Source: Bacteroidales bacterium
Lineage (GTDB): Bacteria > Bacteroidota > Bacteroidia > Bacteroidales > F082
Reading direction: 5' to 3'
Assembly (NCBI GenBank): GCA_028696715.1
Contig: JAQVGO010000003.1
Span: forward strand, 10,785-74,784
DNA length: 64,000 nt
Part shown: positions 60,633 to 64,000 of the stretch, piece after piece
How the letters are laid out: the number at the start of each line of letters is the position of its first letter
How positions within the stretch are numbered: position 1 is the first letter of the stretch
Made by a program: the position numbers and the translations under genes
The notes under the pieces: model-generated
Seen by the model: only the letters and a program-made list of their open reading frames with translations
What the model was told of the DNA's origin: nothing
The model's database searches: none

Positions 60633-62267
60633 ATGAAAAAGAATAAAATAGTATGGTTTCCGGCAATAACAATGTTACTGGCCGGTTTAATGCTTATCAG
60701 CTCCTGCAAAAAACTGAAAGATTCAGCCGAAGGAGCCAAACTCATTATTAATTACGATTTAATCGAAACAACTATCGATGTGCAGTTTTATGATGCTGCA
60801 ACAGGCGAACTGATTGGCCGGAATGGAGACGCGTCAGTAATGGCCAAAATAACAGGACCGGCTAAAGATGGTGTGATTGACATAACCGGCGTACAACATC
60901 AAAGTATGCAGTATGCTTCACAAAGAGGTATGATGGGCCTGGCCTTGATACCCGATGCTGCTTTTACTCCTTCGCCCAACAAACCCATCACCTTTAATAT
61001 TGTAGGCAACATTCCAGGGTATCTGGCTACCAGCCAAAAGGTTACACTGGTTTCGCCTGGCCGTACCCAGGTTCGTGTTAATATGGTTCATCTTGATAAC
61101 CCGCCTCAGGGAGTAAGCGTTGCACGCGAGAGTAATATTGGTACTGCTGTTGCCGGACGTGTTGAAAATCCTGCCACCGTGCAAACCCCAAACAATCGCG
61201 CACGCATCGAGATACCTGCAGGAATTGTTTTGCGCGATGCTGGAGGCACACCATTAAGTGGAAGCCTTGATATGACAGTTGTGCATTTTGATAACACACA
61301 AGAAGAAGCACTAGCTTCGTTTCCCGGAGGACTTATGCCTAGCGTAACCCGTTTGAACGGCAGCACGGAAGAAGGTATGTTCTACAGTGCAGGTTTTGTT
61401 GCTATCGAACTAACTGACGCTACTGGCCGTCAGGCAGCCACTTTTGAAGAAGGCACGCTGTCGCTCGAAGCCATTATTAATCCTCAAACTTATAATCCGG
61501 AAACAGACAATCTGGTAAATAATGGAGATCAGGTGCCTTTGTGGAGCTATAACGAAAACACAGGCGAATGGACCGAAGAAGGCATTGCAAGTATCGTTCA
61601 GAGCGGAGGAGAATTGACTTCAACAGTTGAACTTACCCATTTATCCTATTATAATTTCGACTGGTTCTATGGTGATTATTGTTATGAAGGTGTGCCTTTC
61701 ATGTTCAATGCAACAAACACAACCTGCGATTGCTATGTGATGCAAGGCGCGATGTACAGGCAGGTTGACAATTCATTTATGACCTACGTTTATATGTGGG
61801 TTTGTGGCAACGAACCTGTTTATACACAATATGCTCCGGCTGGTATCCCTGTAAAAATTGTCTGGGAAAATGATTATTACAACAACATCACCATCGCACC
61901 CGAATCACAACCTACACTGATCGATGATTTATGTTCCGGAACTCCTGTTCAGGTGAATGTAATTTCACAACCATCAAGCAGCATTACCGTTGAAGTTGAA
62001 GTTTATTGCGTTAGCGAACCGAATGTAACCATCAGGCCTTCGTTTGGTGTCTGGTACAGAGAAGCTGGTGGATGGGATTGGCGCTGGGCCGAAATGGTGA
62101 ATGGCTATGCCGAAATCTGTGATGTGGAAGTAGGTCAAAGCTATGTTGTTGGTATTTATTACGACAATGAATGGTACGAAACAGAAGTTACCGTAACACA
62201 AGATCATTATTCATACGTTGACTTTGCACTACCTGCCGACGTTTGTAGCGAGGTTTTTGGCTACTAA
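60633..62267 (+). CDS. Lipoprotein of unknown function with a Cys- and aromatic-rich C-terminal region
   Basis: 544 aa with a lipoprotein signal (LAGLMLISSC). Eight Cys are confined to the last 200 aa or so. Begins 19 nt after the barrel gene. Confidence 0.65.
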   Translation: MKKNKIVWFPAITMLLAGLMLISSCKKLKDSAEGAKLIINYDLIETTIDVQFYDAATGELIGRNGDASVMAKITGPAKDGVIDITGVQHQSMQYASQRGMMGLALIPDAAFTPSPNKPITFNIVGNIPGYLATSQKVTLVSPGRTQVRVNMVHLDNPPQGVSVARESNIGTAVAGRVENPATVQTPNNRARIEIPAGIVLRDAGGTPLSGSLDMTVVHFDNTQEEALASFPGGLMPSVTRLNGSTEEGMFYSAGFVAIELTDATGRQAATFEEGTLSLEAIINPQTYNPETDNLVNNGDQVPLWSYNENTGEWTEEGIASIVQSGGELTSTVELTHLSYYNFDWFYGDYCYEGVPFMFNATNTTCDCYVMQGAMYRQVDNSFMTYVYMWVCGNEPVYTQYAPAGIPVKIVWENDYYNNITIAPESQPTLIDDLCSGTPVQVNVISQPSSSITVEVEVYCVSEPNVTIRPSFGVWYREAGGWDWRWAEMVNGYAEICDVEVGQSYVVGIYYDNEWYETEVTVTQDHYSYVDFALPADVCSEVFGY

Positions 62268-62294
62268 AAACTATTATTCCTTAAATTAAGAAAC

Positions 62295-62337
62295 ACAATA
62301 AACCTTCAAGGTTTCAGAAATCTTGAAGGTTTATTGT
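62295..62337. terminator. Bidirectional terminator between the lipoprotein gene and mnmA
   Basis: Perfect 16-bp stem acaataaaccttcaag(62295-62310)/cttgaaggtttattgt(62322-62337) with an 11-nt loop, between convergent stops. Confidence 0.75.
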
Positions 62338-62341
62338 TTAT

Positions 62342-63409
62342 TCAAGGCTGTTGATCAATAATTCCACTACCTAAACAAATGGGTTCATCCAACTGATACA
62401 TCACGGCAAACTGCCCGGGGGCAACACCCGAAATTGGTTCATCAGCATGAATGTGCCACACCCCTTTTTCGTGCAGCAATATGCCAGAATTAAACTCGGG
62501 TTGATGCCTGATTTTAAACCTGATTCTCATCCCTGATTCTAAAACAAAATCAGGATGCAACAGCTGCACCTCTGCCATATAAACTTTCTCCTGATACTGA
62601 CTTACCGGATCATAGCCATTTGAGACGTAAACAATATTCTGGTTCACCTCCTTTTTTACAACAAACCACGGGCCCCCACTAAGGCCAAGCCCGCGACGCT
62701 GACCAATCGTATGAAACCAAAAACCATTATGTTTACCTAACTTTTTACCCGTTTCAAGCTCAATGATATCACCAGGCTTTTCACCAGCATACCGCCTGAT
62801 AAAGTCATTGTAATTGATCTTGCCCAAAAAGCAAATACCCTGACTGTCAGGCCGGTGGGCACTGGGAAGTTTCATAGCTTCTGCAATCTTACGCACTTCG
62901 GGTTTTTGCAAATCACCTACCGGAAACATCAGCTTACTCAATTGTGGATAAGTGATGCGTCCTAAAAAATAGGTTTGATCCTTCACCGGATCGGCAGCAG
63001 TACCTAAAAGGAATCCTTTTTCATTTTCAATCACACGGGCGTAATGGCCGGTACTGATTTTGTCGAACTGATGACCAAATTGCTGCTCAAAAGCCCCGAA
63101 CTTAATAAGCCGGTTGCACATCACATCCGGATTAGGCGTAAGTCCTTTTTTAACTGTTTCAATTGTATAAGCCACCACAGTTTCCCAATACGTTTTCTGA
63201 AGATCAACAATCTCCATTTTGCAACCGTATTTATGAGCAATATAGGTAGTGATTTCGATATCTTCTTCCGAAGGGCAATCCACAAACGATGGATCATCTT
63301 CCATACCGATTTTGATATAAAAAATCACCGGATCGTAACCTTTTTCCTTGAGCAAAGGAATGGTCACCGAACTGTCAACTCCGCCAGAAACTAAAGCAGC
63401 TATTTGCAT
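62342..63409 (-). CDS. mnmA: tRNA 2-thiouridine(34) synthase
   Basis: PP-loop SGGVDSSV right after MQIAALV. MnmA core motifs (CNR..KF, GHYAR, DQTYFL, DSQGICF). ATG at 63409 is preferred to the GTG at 63439. Confidence 0.95.
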   Translation of the reverse strand: MQIAALVSGGVDSSVTIPLLKEKGYDPVIFYIKIGMEDDPSFVDCPSEEDIEITTYIAHKYGCKMEIVDLQKTYWETVVAYTIETVKKGLTPNPDVMCNRLIKFGAFEQQFGHQFDKISTGHYARVIENEKGFLLGTAADPVKDQTYFLGRITYPQLSKLMFPVGDLQKPEVRKIAEAMKLPSAHRPDSQGICFLGKINYNDFIRRYAGEKPGDIIELETGKKLGKHNGFWFHTIGQRRGLGLSGGPWFVVKKEVNQNIVYVSNGYDPVSQYQEKVYMAEVQLLHPDFVLESGMRIRFKIRHQPEFNSGILLHEKGVWHIHADEPISGVAPGQFAVMYQLDEPICLGSGIIDQQP

Positions 63410-63499
63410 AAAGAAAAATTTTCGGTACAAAGTTCGCACTTTTTAAATAATTCATAGAATTAACCTCAAAGTAGTCATCCAAAAATCATTATAAATTCC

Positions 63500-63507
63500 T
63501 AATTTTG
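63500..63507 (+). promoter_or_regulatory. Bacteroidota-type -7 box (TAATTTTG) for kbl
   Basis: Exact TAnnTTTG 50 nt upstream of the ATG at 63557. Confidence 0.45.
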
Positions 63508-63556
63508 ACGCTTGAAATAAAAAAGGTTTTAAACCAAAAAATTAAACCAAAATCTT

Positions 63557-64000
63557 ATGTACGGTAAATTAAAAGAACACCTCCAAAAGGAGCTGAACGA
63601 AATTCAGGAAGCTGGCTTATACAAAAGTGAACGAATCATTGCCAGTCCGCAAAAAGCTGAAATAACGTTAAATACAGGCCAAAAAGTGTTGAATTTTTGT
63701 GCCAACAACTATCTTGGCCTATCTGACCATCCCAAGCTAAAAGAAGCTGCCCATGAAGCACTCAACAGTCATGGTTTTGGCATGTCATCCGTACGTTTCA
63801 TCTGTGGAACACAGGATTTGCACAAAACCCTCGAAGCCAAAATTGCCAACTTTTTTGGCACCGAAGATACCATTCTGTATGCAGCAGCTTTTGATGCCAA
63901 TGGCGGCGTTTTCGAACCACTATTCTCTGAGGAAGATGCAATCATCTCCGATTCGCTCAACCATGCTTCCATCATTGATGGTGTGAGGCTTTGCAAAGCT
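63557..64000 (+). CDS. kbl: Glycine C-acetyltransferase (2-amino-3-ketobutyrate CoA ligase), 5' part, truncated by the window end
   Basis: My own translation from the ATG at 63557: [81 protein letters not shown]. This is a typical Kbl N-terminus. It is open to the window edge, so it is not in the ORF track. Confidence 0.9.
   Translation, partial: MYGKLKEHLQKELNEIQEAGLYKSERIIASPQKAEITLNTGQKVLNFCANNYLGLSDHPKLKEAAHEALNSHGFGMSSVRFICGTQDLHKTLEAKIANFFGTEDTILYAAAFDANGGVFEPLFSEEDAIISDSLNHASIIDGVRLCKA

Overview
This window reads as a core chromosomal segment of a Bacteroidota (Bacteroidia-like) genome. About 55 CDS are densely packed, nearly all recognisable housekeeping genes. I found no tRNA or rRNA genes, CRISPR arrays, IS elements, integrases or recognisable defence genes. 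The phylum call rests on 17 exact TAnnTTTG -7 boxes at sensible distances upstream of start codons, the synteny sigma-54 activator/lptE/secG/groESL, and a GYDIA-type GHMP kinase. Main blocks: (1) a methyl-cycle cluster, ahcY divergent from a SAM-I riboswitch followed by metH-metF; (2) a GGGPS/PcrB-family prenyltransferase; (3) DPP-IV, an orphan receiver and a TPR hybrid histidine kinase; (4) recG and pheT; (5) a mevalonate-pathway operon; (6) B12-dependent nrdJ; (7) envelope genes (GT9, lnt, mltF and a 1093-aa outer-membrane protein); (8) a Na+-pumping methylmalonyl-CoA decarboxylase operon with its epimerase; (9) yceD-rpmF-plsX-fabH; (10) tyrS, mnmA and a truncated kbl. I see no clear-cut novel system. 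The best candidates are an insulated two-gene cassette at 52787-55113 (a membrane protein with ten strictly 11-residue-spaced DnaJ-type CxxCxGxG zinc modules, translationally coupled to a small single-pass partner) and a 156-nt nested rod-like element at 41145-41300 (candidate sRNA or MITE). Lesser items are a candidate sigma-54 promoter, a multidomain outer-membrane protein and a barrel plus Cys-rich lipoprotein pair. All protein calls come from reading the supplied translations by eye. No database search was run.
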